Of a stretch of DNA of 64,000 bases, positions 12,515 to 22,715 are shown one piece after another. The first letter of the stretch is position 1. Each line of letters starts with the position of its first letter. The stretch lies in the NCBI GenBank assembly GCA_000091205.1, contig AP006500.2, one strand, 5' to 3'. The stretch is from Cyanidioschyzon merolae. Lineage: Eukaryota. A program made the translations under genes and the position numbers. The notes under the pieces are model-generated. The model saw only the letters and a list, made by a program, of their open reading frames with translations. It searched no databases and was not told where the DNA came from.

Positions 12515-12823
12515 ATGCGTAAGCGCTTCAATGGCGCTCCGTTGTGCAACATCAAGTCATATTTTGTGAGCATCGACTTTAGAAACCTTCACGGCATCAT
12601 GAAGGAGATCAGTCCCGAGCTCGATGTTAGCAGGGAGGACTTCAGCGGCGAAAACTGGCAGACGTACTGGAAGAGTATCTTCGATTTCAAACGTCTGAAA
12701 GTCAGCAAACAAAAGGTATTCGTGGGGAGATCGAACAGATGGAATAACCTTGTGTATGCACTATCGGCGGTTGAAGAGAGATCATCAAGTTCCTCCCTCG
12801 GCTGCGCCCGTGACGAAGGATGA
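12515..12823 (+). pseudogene. N-terminal module of the TnpB/Fanzor-like protein (copy 1 fragment).
   Basis: [41 protein letters not shown] aligns with copy 2 [41 protein letters not shown] (42918..43127). Confidence 0.5.
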
Positions 12824-13568
12824 AGATGAGATGGAGGCGGATCCTGCAACGCAGAAAGTGCAGGATAACGAGTTCATCGTTGACGGGGCGAAGGATGAAA
12901 ATGAGAAGGGGGCGGATCCTGCTAAGCAGGAGGTGGAGGATAACGACCTTGTTGTTGACACGATGAAGCATGAAGATAACAAAGAGACGGGTCCTGCGAC
13001 GCAGGAGGTGGAGGATAACGACTTTATTGTTGACATAACGAAGGATGAGGATGAGAAGAAGGCGGGTCCTGTGATGCAGGAGGTGCAGGATGACGCCTTT
13101 ATGGTTGGCGCGGTGAAGCATGATGAAAACAACAAGGCGGATCCAGCGACCCAGAAAGTGCATGATAATGACTTTATCGTTGGCGCGGACCCCGGAAACA
13201 CAAATATCATCACCATCGCAGCACCGAAGCGTGCGGGCGATGGTGCTGATGGTAACTTACGTCAGAAAGACATGCACCTTTTGAGGTTCTCGAGAGCGAG
13301 ACACTATCGAGAATCGGGTATAATGAATGCGAGGAAGAAAACTGAAACATGGAAAGCAGGAATAAAGGATCACCCGGAAGCTTTGAGCGAGGCGACGAGC
13401 CGAGGAGCGGACTTTGAAGCTTTTCGGAAATTCGTGGAAGTTCGTGTTGCTCATTGGGATGCGCTGTGGGAGGCGTATACCAAGCCACAATGGGCTCGGT
13501 TGCGAATCAATCTATACGGTGGGAAGCAGCGGGCGTTCGCCAACTTTTTCAATCAGTTGAGCGCCTGA
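12750..13568 (+). pseudogene. TnpB/Fanzor-like RuvC module, copy 1 fragment: RuvC-I region plus a 5x 75-bp in-frame repeat expansion, then truncated by a frameshift.
   Basis: ..[67 protein letters not shown] is collinear with copy 2. A 1-nt loss near 13566 shifts the frame. In-frame TGA and TAA follow in the continuation (13454..13648 and beyond). Confidence 0.55.
12830..13195 (+). repeat. Tandem 75-bp coding repeat (about 5 units), present only in copy 1 of the element.
   Basis: A repeated peptide of about 25 aa, DPATQKVQDNEFIVDGAKDENEKGA, and variants. Copy 2 has a single unit ([21 protein letters not shown]). Confidence 0.8.
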
Positions 13569-13753
13569 AGGAGGATGATAGTCGAAGGCTGGTAGTGGCA
13601 TACGGAGCAGGGCGCTGGGTGCCCAAGAAAGGAACTACTCCAGCTTGAACGACGATGGTGTAAAAGGAGTGCGCAGTACGTTTCGTAACGATACCTGTAG
13701 ATGAGTTTCGAACGTCCTATATACACCATGAACTGGGGTGTACACTTCAGAGC

Positions 13754-14098
13754 GTGGAGATGGAAAAGTGCCAGCGGAGCCTTGAGGATGTAAAAAAGTA
13801 TGGACCGCTGACGGAGGAGCAAATGGAAAGGAGGGTGGAAGTGCGAGGGCTACTCGCATTGATTAGTATGATCAATGGCAAGAAACGTATGGAGTTCGTG
13901 AACCGAGACTTTAATGCCGCTATCAATATCAGGAGATGTGCGGTGCTGGAGAAAAGACCTCCAGAGTCGACAAGAGGGAACTTTGTTGGACAACCTCTCG
14001 AAGTGGAACTATATGAGAAAAAATTGGAAGCAGTCATGGGTGGCCGGTCGAGAAAGACGGGGAGGCGTCCGCACTCCAGTTGGAGACGTTTTGTCTAA
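13754..14098 (+). pseudogene. C-terminal fragment of the TnpB/Fanzor-like protein (copy 1) containing the RuvC-III motif.
   Basis: ..[34 protein letters not shown].. carries the hallmark TnpB/Cas12/Fanzor RuvC-III signature RDxNAAxNI. It aligns to copy 2 ..[34 protein letters not shown].. Confidence 0.6.
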
Positions 14099-14373
14099 GG
14101 CGCGTTCGCCGCCACTAATGTACACCGCTGGCGACGGCGGCGTTAGATGCGTGCCACGTGGCACTCGATACGCGCTCTGCAGGGGGTCTTCGGGATTCGA
14201 GATGCGAGCTCCATGACACGTTGCAGCGGATCATGCGTGACGTGCGCTCGCATCTTTCTGATGCCCGCGACGCCGTATGTGTGTTTTCCCGCCTTTATAA
14301 CACAAAGCACTGCTTATACTCGCGTTACTAAAAGTGAGTTTCCTTCTAGGCACCAGCGAAGACGTGGGAATCA

Positions 14374-14997
14374 ATGAGTCTATCAGCGAAAACTTTGTGC
14401 TTGTTCATCTTAGCTCTTGTCGTCTCGGCTGTTGGAGGCGCCCCGGCGGCCCTTGGTGCTTCCTGCAGCTACACTTGTCAAACGGGTAACAGCTCTCTGA
14501 CCCAGAAGACTGTTAGCAACTGCGACAGAGACTGTGCGCTGGACGTGCTCTGCCCCAGCAGCACTGTATTCTTCTCAGAGTGTATTGACTCGGTGACCTC
14601 TCTGAAGTATTACCAAGTCAAGTATCCGCTGGTTAGCTCCCGGTCGGATGACACAAGCGCGTGCCCCTCATCTATTGAGGCCCGCGTCGATACCAGCGGA
14701 ATAATGCACGTTCCGTCTCTCTGCACGACGGGCTGCTTCCCTTGTGGCATCCCATATACGATTTCGTCCTCAACTTACGACTCGTCCGGAAACAATTTCT
14801 TCACTGCGGAAGCTCATTCGTCGGTTTTCGGCGTGGTTCCCAAGTGTTGCTCTCTGTCTGGACAGATATCCTTGAGCACAGGCCGTGTGACATACGACTT
14901 TGAGGCAGTTCATGACGTGGCAGTCTTGTTGTATATCTCCTCTGTGAGCGCGGTCTGCGCGTACGGAACAAGCTCCTACCATGCAATACCGGCATAG
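14374..14997 (+). CDS. Hypothetical secreted cysteine-rich protein.
   Basis: 207-aa ORF with an N-terminal hydrophobic signal-like segment MSLSAKTLCLFILALVVSAVGGAPAALGA and many Cys residues. No family recognised. Confidence 0.4.
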   Translation: MSLSAKTLCLFILALVVSAVGGAPAALGASCSYTCQTGNSSLTQKTVSNCDRDCALDVLCPSSTVFFSECIDSVTSLKYYQVKYPLVSSRSDDTSACPSSIEARVDTSGIMHVPSLCTTGCFPCGIPYTISSSTYDSSGNNFFTAEAHSSVFGVVPKCCSLSGQISLSTGRVTYDFEAVHDVAVLLYISSVSAVCAYGTSSYHAIPA

Positions 14998-16682
14998 ACA
15001 GGTGGATATAGGGATGGAAAACCTTCATCAGCGGCAGCAAAAGATATGGCCTGTCAACATCGTTCGGTTCAACTGCTAGGCAGCGTGGCAGTGGAAAGAC
15101 TCCGAAAGCGTTCTGGAAGCATAGCCAGCGTTATATTCAAGGAAAGTTCGAGGTAAATAAGATGGCCACCATTTCTAGAAACCTATGGATCAATGCAGAA
15201 CATTTCCAGAGCTTTCCGTCCGAGCAAAGCCTGGCACTCCAGACTTTCGCTGTTGTGAAAAAGGCTGAGCGTCTTGCTAGTCTACGCATTCAACATTCGC
15301 GATCCACGAGTAGCGCCTGGTACCGAACATCTTATGCGGTGCTCTGGACGAGGTTCTCCGATAGCGAACCTATTATGCTGAATAGGGAATCGCACGAAGC
15401 GATTGATCAAGCAACAATTTATCTCCATAGCAGAAAAAGTCCTAGCGTTTCTGATACTGCGACCAGTCTGCGACATAACGTGTGAGCGAACATCGCGGCA
15501 GCACTTTTTTAAACCATTTTAAAGCTGAAACATACCTGACATGGACATGGCCGCCGGATTCAAAGATCTCAGAGCCAGAACATAGCATTCGAGTCATAGA
15601 GGCCTCGCTGTGGTCGCCTGTCTGTTCACAAGAGCATGCGATGATCACCGCCACAGGCCCCTGAGCACTCTGCTGTCGCTTCCTCGGCATGGAGCGTCTG
15701 TGGCGAGTCGTCAGTTTCAAAGCACGGAATTCACTGAAACATGGCTTGAGAAAAATTCGTAGTGGTCGCAGTGAACGACCAGATTCTAAAGAACCCCATC
15801 GCAAGGTACACGTAGAGCTCAAAAGAACGACGTCGCGGCGCCCTTCACAGGGAACTTTCAAGGTTTTCGTGCAACCAGTGCATTTCACGCAGTGATACTT
15901 CAAAGAGCTCGCGCTAGACGCGGCGTTTGGTACATCGATTGCTATTCCATCCAACCATGCTGCACCTTGGGAAACACATCCCGGCCGATGGTCCCGATAT
16001 GCTTTTCTGGCAATGTGCTCAAGCCTTTCCGCTGGAGGGCTTTGCGTCAGACGCGCACTGAGGCCGAGCTCCGCGATGTGAGGCTGCCACCGCCACTGGC
16101 GGTGTCGCTGGTGCTCGAAGCGTAATTAACAGAAGAAAAAAACGAGGATCCCAGGCGCAGTCCAAGGATGACCCCGCCGTGTGGATTATCGAGTCCAGAG
16201 CTCCATCGCTAGTGGGTAACGCTAAGCCCCCGACGCGTTCTTTCCTGCTGCCCAGGTTGACGACAACCCATCCGGACAGATCCACAATAGGCGACCACGA
16301 GTTCCCCTGCTGCAGCGCTGTTCCTTCTTTGGTAAAGCAACGCGCTGCCCAGAAGGAACCAGTTTTATAGCTGCCCGTCTCAGTCTGGACCCGTCTTCGC
16401 GGCTCTGCTTCAGAAGAAGTCACTTGGACTTTGGTAACACACCTTAGGTGCCTCGGTGCCGAGTCCCAGTTCCGAGCACTCCAGGGTCCAGCCCCGCTTC
16501 CGTTTACGCTTGAGACACCACCGACACTAGGCAGAAACGCTGCAAACGACGTCGCTCTGCGCTGTAGGCTGTGATAACAATCGTCGACACCGCCCAGATG
16601 CAAATACAGCACGACAACTAGTAACAGCCACCGCCGCGCGGTATCGCGCAGCGCTCGTTAAAACGCTCTGATTCCAGTTTCT

Positions 16683-17609
16683 TTGGGTACTTTAACGATG
16701 GCGTACGGCAAGACTTGGATCTTTGTCTACAACCTGGTGCAGTTTGGTGGCTGGTCCTGGATATTCCTCGAACTTTGTTTGTGTTCTTTCCAGTTTTTGG
16801 AAGAAAAGTGCTTCGCTGGGGGCTTGGCGGGCAGTACAGAGGCCCTTTTCCAACCCGCAAAACTGCGCTGTGCCGCGTACGTACTCGTCGGTTGGTGGGC
16901 ACCGCCGCCCCTGCGTGCTTTCCTAGGATTCGCTAACTCGAACTGGCAGCGATTCGAGTTCCAGGTTTTGAGGTCCACGCTCAAACCCCTGCTAGTGTTT
17001 CAGACGCTAACGCTGCTCGAGCTCGTGCACACAGTGCTCGGCTGGGTTCGAGCTTCGCTTGCCACGACTGCGTTGCAGATCTGCTCTCGACTCTTTGTCC
17101 TGTGGTTTATCGTCGCAAGCTTTGCCTCGAAGTATGAAGAATGCATCAATACCGGGTATTTAGCGCTGCTCTCAGCTTGGTCTGCTACGGAGGTTGTGCG
17201 CTATGCATATTTCACTGTGCTATCTTACGGAAACATGGCCAGCCGTGGACTGCTCTCTGTTCACGAAGTCGTGCCTCGTTGGCTTACATGGCTTCGGTAT
17301 TCGCTGTTCTTGGTTTTGTATCCAATAGGGGTTAGCGCCGAAATTTGGCTAGTGCTTGGTGCACTACCTTGGATTCGCGAAACGAACTTTTTGCGTGTTA
17401 GGATGCCCAATACCTTTAACTTCGCCTTCGACTTTTCGATCTTTTGTGCGATAGCGTTACTGGGATACATCCCCGGATTGCCGTTTTTGTATGGGCATAT
17501 GCTAAAGCAAAGAAAACGGCATTTGGCTGCAGCAAGGCGACACGCAACCATAACAGACTCGCCGGCACAGACGACAGAAAGGCCGGCTCATAGAGCCAAA
17601 CTAGACTGA
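16683..17609 (+). CDS. Very-long-chain 3-hydroxyacyl-CoA dehydratase (PTPLA/HACD/Phs1 family).
   Basis: PTPLA family blocks: IFVYNLVQFGGWSWIFL, ATEVVRYAYF, RYSLFLVLYPIGVSAEI and the C-terminal GYIPGLPFLYGHMLKQRKR. A multi-pass hydrophobic profile is also present. Confidence 0.8.
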   Translation: MGTLTMAYGKTWIFVYNLVQFGGWSWIFLELCLCSFQFLEEKCFAGGLAGSTEALFQPAKLRCAAYVLVGWWAPPPLRAFLGFANSNWQRFEFQVLRSTLKPLLVFQTLTLLELVHTVLGWVRASLATTALQICSRLFVLWFIVASFASKYEECINTGYLALLSAWSATEVVRYAYFTVLSYGNMASRGLLSVHEVVPRWLTWLRYSLFLVLYPIGVSAEIWLVLGALPWIRETNFLRVRMPNTFNFAFDFSIFCAIALLGYIPGLPFLYGHMLKQRKRHLAAARRHATITDSPAQTTERPAHRAKLD

Positions 17610-19236
17610 TGGAAGGATCATCATGGAAAAATTGTGTCTCGATTGTGACATGTGCTTGACCTGCGCTGCATACTAGACGCTGCAAGCGTGCACGGACGCG
17701 ACATGGTCCGCGCACCAATCCCGACCAGCATCTGGACGAGCACTGTCTCTGGTAGCGCTATCCGGTCTGCCACGAGAGGCGCTCAAAGTGCATTGCAGTT
17801 CGTGTCTACTGCTTTTCCGTCTCGTGCGCGCGATCGGCGATCAATGGTACCGCAGAGAGGAGGTAGTAGGGTGTGAGGTGTGCCGACGATGCATTATGCC
17901 TCATTGAACGCTGCATATTGACCGCCGTGCAGCGCAGATTCGTAGGGAGGATCAGATCCGCCACCAAGTGTCCGAGCAAGACTGTGACATTGCTGAGGAT
18001 GCCCTGCACCATCCGCGATAGCGGCTGCACACGATGAGATGCTTGCTGCTGACACTGGCGATATGCAGATCAAAAGCTTCAATGCTTCTGTGCTCGCTTA
18101 TGCAGTCAAACTAGAGTCAAGAAGCTCAGACACTGGTGGTTTCTCCAATGCGCGAGTGCTCGTACGTCATAGGCCTCGAAAACTCATGCCACTGAGAACG
18201 CGGCGAACAACACCCGGACCAGGACACTATTTGAGCTGACGATGTGATGAGATGCAGTCGCACCCTACGGTTGCAGTATTTAGGAGTAAACATATTCAGA
18301 CGCAGTTTTGCTGACGTATTCCGTTGCACCTATTCTGTTGTCGGCTACTCGTAGGTGCCTCCAATGCCACCATGAACCCAACCTCAGATACCGTCGGTCG
18401 ACGTCACATCTGAGACAGCGCAGGCAAGTAGAAGCCCTCTGAGGCGCTCGAACTGGATAGCTTGCCGACGAGCTTCGCTGTCAAACGAAGCAGTGCCCAG
18501 TCTCTGGCGATCAGATTCGCACTTTATGCAACTGCGTGCCTCTCTTACTTTGTAGGCCGCGGAGCGCTTTGGTGTCGAACGATACATACGTGCGCTGAAG
18601 CTCTAGGATCTCACCAAACGAATCGTTTGCCTGAATGCTTTCCGGTCACCAGCAGTCAACAGCACGGACAGTAGAATACCTCTCCGTTGCCGCAGTTTGC
18701 ACGCAGAAACGTCCCCGCTGCTTTTGAAATGCAGTACGCTTCCCGCAGCACCCGAGAAGCCAGCTTGAGCCAACGTATGTAATACCAACGACCTGGAAAA
18801 CTAGTTCCACAATTTACCAATGCATTTTGCACGTCTGCTTCATCGTACAGACAGGTTACGCGGAGTGGTTTCCGTACCAGGTTCAGAAGAGCGAGCTCGT
18901 GCTGTAGTGCGGCGCCCTGTACAGAGCCGCATCGATATGCGACAATCCAGACGTGAACGCGCGCGTGCACTGCGACTACTTGGCGGCCGTCTTGCGCATG
19001 ACAGCGCACCGCGAGCGACGCTATCTACGCGCTTCTCGACGCGTTTCTCCTAGTGTGTGCTTCATGCTGGGGCAAGCGCATCTGGCGAGTTCTGTTCAAT
19101 CAAACCGGGATTCTTACCTTGTATAAATTTTGAGGTAAGAGCCGTCACAATACTTCACGGAGCTGTTTGGATACAACGCGGGAGCTTTTTACTGTTCTGA
19201 AGCAGGTAGAGCGCTCGCTACGGCAAGACGCGCACA

Positions 19237-19809
19237 ATGTTCAGGTCTCTCTCTGCAACGGTTGGAAGAGCCAGTCTTCTGTTTAGGCGAACATATGCCG
19301 CCCAGGCAGCTGCGGTGCCGTCGCAGGTTCGGCTGCACCTGCTGCGTTTAGGCCTGCAGGGTCACGAAAACTGGGAACAGATTCGACAGCGCTATCGTGA
19401 ACTTGCTCGATCGAACCACCCGGATGTGCCAGGTGGCAGCACCGAGAACTTTCAAGCTATTCAGGATAGCTACAATTATTTATCGGTGTACTACGGTCAC
19501 GCAAAGCCAAGTACTCGTCACGGCTACCGTGCGGCGGCACGGTCGCAGGGCGGCGCACCCTACTACCGCAGCACGTATGCGGAGCATGTGCAGCGCACGA
19601 ACGGGTCGCCTGGCCTTTTCCTAGTGTTTCCAGCGCTGCTGCTGGTTGGCTTGGGCTCATGGGTTATTATTCAGAGCGCGACTGGGCGTTCGCAGCGGGG
19701 AGAACTTCGGGCCGGTGGCACGTCGCAATATGTGCCTGAGAATCGGCAGCTTATTCTGCCACAGAAACCAGACCAGACACTTTTCCGAATACATCGTGAT
19801 GAAAAATAG
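19237..19809 (+). CDS. Small J-domain (DnaJ-like) protein with a C-terminal transmembrane segment; N-terminus resembles a mitochondrial presequence.
   Basis: WEQIRQRYRELARSNHPDVPGGSTENFQAIQDSYNYL contains the HPD motif. The TM stretch is LFLVFPALLLVGLGSWVII. The N-terminus MFRSLSATVGRASLLFRRTYAAQAAA is presequence-like. Confidence 0.55.
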   Translation: MFRSLSATVGRASLLFRRTYAAQAAAVPSQVRLHLLRLGLQGHENWEQIRQRYRELARSNHPDVPGGSTENFQAIQDSYNYLSVYYGHAKPSTRHGYRAAARSQGGAPYYRSTYAEHVQRTNGSPGLFLVFPALLLVGLGSWVIIQSATGRSQRGELRAGGTSQYVPENRQLILPQKPDQTLFRIHRDEK

Positions 19810-22715
19810 AAATGATCTCGAGTGCACTGCACGAGCAACGAGCATGTGACTCAGTGCGACCTGGTTTAGTGTTGATACGACGGCAACTCAGCTCGTTGAG
19901 TTCGTATTTGGGAGCTCGCCCGAAGCCCGCGTTTGCTCATCGGTTTCATGGAGGTACACATCGACGGCGTGCACCGAACAGCCTGCCAATTAGACTGGCT
20001 TGTCTCTTGACTTTGCGAAACGGAACCGTCTTACGTCTGTAGAAGAACTGGCGCCGGAGCTGTATACCACACGCGTCAAGAATCGCGTAAGGAATTCGCG
20101 CTCGATGCAGGAGCAGTGTGTTGGAGGCCTGGTAAACAGTTTTCCCAAGGCACAGCAATGTGTCAGTCTCCGGAAGCGGACTAGATCGTTCTGGCTGATG
20201 TATTCACAAGCCTGAATATGGGTATGAATTCTGTGGCAAAAAGGACGGTAGAGATCAATCGCTGTCGCGGAGTCTCGACACAGAGGGCCCTCGAAAGTGT
20301 GCGTGCACGAGCGCACCCATGTACTTACGAAGGAACGTACGCGCGCACAGAAAAGCTCGAACGAATACACGTACGCGCAAACGTACGAATACACAAGCAC
20401 ACGAACGAATCTGCACATGTGTGTACATCCAAAGAGATACGCGAACGAATGCGTTACTGCGGTATGACGTACGCACCAGCGATATCCGGTTGCTTGAGGC
20501 GGTTCCGAAACGAGCATCTCACAGGCTACATGAAGGCTCCGTGGCGAGCCTGTATGTGCGAGAGCCCTCCCAAAAGTCTCCATGTTTAGAGGCCTGGTGC
20601 CGAAAGCAACGGCCGAACCGCCTAGATCTCAGATGTTTCATGGGAAGAGGAGACGTTCGAGCAGCAGATTACCTCGCGGGATCGCTTTGCTGCTACGACC
20701 TCGATCACAGATCAGGGCATATCCTGCGCCTCTTCGATAGCACGGCGACTAGCCTGACTCACGTCTAATGCGATCACTGAATTCGAGTCAGTGTTCGAAG
20801 GATTGCATCCTAGTACCCAGTGTGGTTGTATGCGGTTAGGTTTGTGTACTGGGTGCACGTCTCGCCGATTGCGAGGAGTCTGCGGTGCAGCCATAATTGC
20901 CACATACATTGCGCTTTCAGGATTGCGAGCAGCGTGAACGCAACGGCATGATGCTCAGCGTGCTTGATCGAGCAAGCACCAGCTGTATCCGATGACATTC
21001 GGTCTCGTTCGTTGGATCACTAGGCTTGGCACGTGCAACGATCAATCTCGGACCGCATTCCGAAGCCTGCACGATCGCTGAGCATTGACAATCATGTTTG
21101 AAAAACATGGAACACTTCCTTTAGCTCGTGCGTGTACTCTGAAGGTTTGGTCTCTTCGACCTTTCCTCGAAATCAGCCTTTGCGCGCTATTTCTGTGAGT
21201 GCTTGCCTATTCTGTGCCGTATCTCACTCTTTGAATACGGCGGTCTCTCCTGCATCTTCAGCTCCATTATCAGTGGTCGACGAATGTTGATGGCAGTGTT
21301 CAAGTCCCTATGTCGCTGCTTGCGGCTGCTGTCAGCAAATATCATGCAAATGCGCAAGTCATGATCTATGCTTCGCTTGCGATTTCCATCTTTCTTGTTT
21401 AGAGCCTCGGTGCGCCTGTAGGAACTGTGACGCTCGGCCGTGGACAGGTATTCCCAGATACGTGCACCGCGCCTGCTCCTCTGAGCTCCCCGTTGTCGCG
21501 CCTGAAGGATTGCTTCACCGCATGGTACATGCCCTTAACGGGCACAGAAGGATGCACTGAATCCACCGGTCTATTTACGCGCCGTACGTCGTTGCCCAGC
21601 ATCACGAGCTTCGTCTGGGCGATCAGCTAGGCAAGCACGCCGTCCGTTACACGTGAACGAGCACGCTGTTCCATTCGATAGAGGATTTGTGGAATGCGAT
21701 GTTGTCCAGGATGAAAAAAGTACCCAAAGCGCTATGCAATCTGGAGAACAAGTCGAAAGATTTTATCCGTCTGGGATTCCTCCATGTGAAGCGGTGACGC
21801 GCGCTGCACTGGAAGCGATTGCTGAGATATCTAAAGTCCGAGTCCAGACCCTTTTCCATGTGAATATTAAAGACGAAAGCCTCGAGTAACATATCCCCTG
21901 AGAAGACTCGTTTAGCTATTACATATCGTTTCTCCAATGGCGTCAGAGGGATCTCAATTTGTGTCTCTAACTGAATCTATTCATTGATGACAAGAGTTGA
22001 ATAATTTTTCTGCCTTCGCTTGCGATCAAGTCTTCAAAGGACGTCGCCGAGTAGCTTTTCGTATCAATGCAGTGGCGCGAATCGTTGCGCCCACGAGTTG
22101 CATTGAGACAGAGCTCTCAAAATCTTGAAGTACGCTTGAGTTCAGCATGCTAAATATAAAGAAAAGGATGAGGTGAATGCTTGAACGGTTTCATTGGATG
22201 ATGATATCAGTTGTTTTACGAACCCTTCCTCGAGGACGTCGCAAATCATCTTGACCTCGGTGATTTGTCTAACGCCAGCGACTAGGATTCGAAGGAGCAA
22301 CTCCCAAAAGACGACTGGGAATCCTCAGTCTGCGAATAGAGACTTTAAGCTCTATATCCTGCACGCAGAATGTAGACGATTCACATCTAAGCGACAATTT
22401 CGGAAAAATGAAAAGTCGGGAAGAGAGCGAGTTGTTCATTTTTCCACTTTAACCTCACATGATCTCCCCCGAGAATCATTGGCCAGTATCGTTGAGCACA
22501 CTTACGGTAACAGGACCGCAATGGGTGGATCTCTCACCCGCGAAAATAAAACGATAGCCGATTGAAGCAGGGGGTGCGTATCCGGCGCCACAAGCTTCAA
22601 GTGCTCGGAGTGTCAACATCGCGGCAATGTTCTTCTTCCCCAGTTCGGAGTCAGAACCTGTTGCTCGTGTGAAGCAGTTACACTTCAAGCCGATGTTGCC
22701 ATACGTGCAGCAGAT

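Larger units (their letters stand above)
11545..14140 (+). mobile_element. Degraded copy (copy 1) of a TnpB/Fanzor-like element, paralogous to 42625-44215; boundaries approximate.
   Basis: Nucleotide and protein similarity to copy 2 begins near 11545 (cagaagggttcaaag..ggaggcccagggtc..gccagaaaaaa). It ends near 14140 (..cgcgttcgccgccactaatgtacaccgctggcgac), where the two copies diverge. Internal ORFs are in three different frames and carry stops. Confidence 0.55.
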
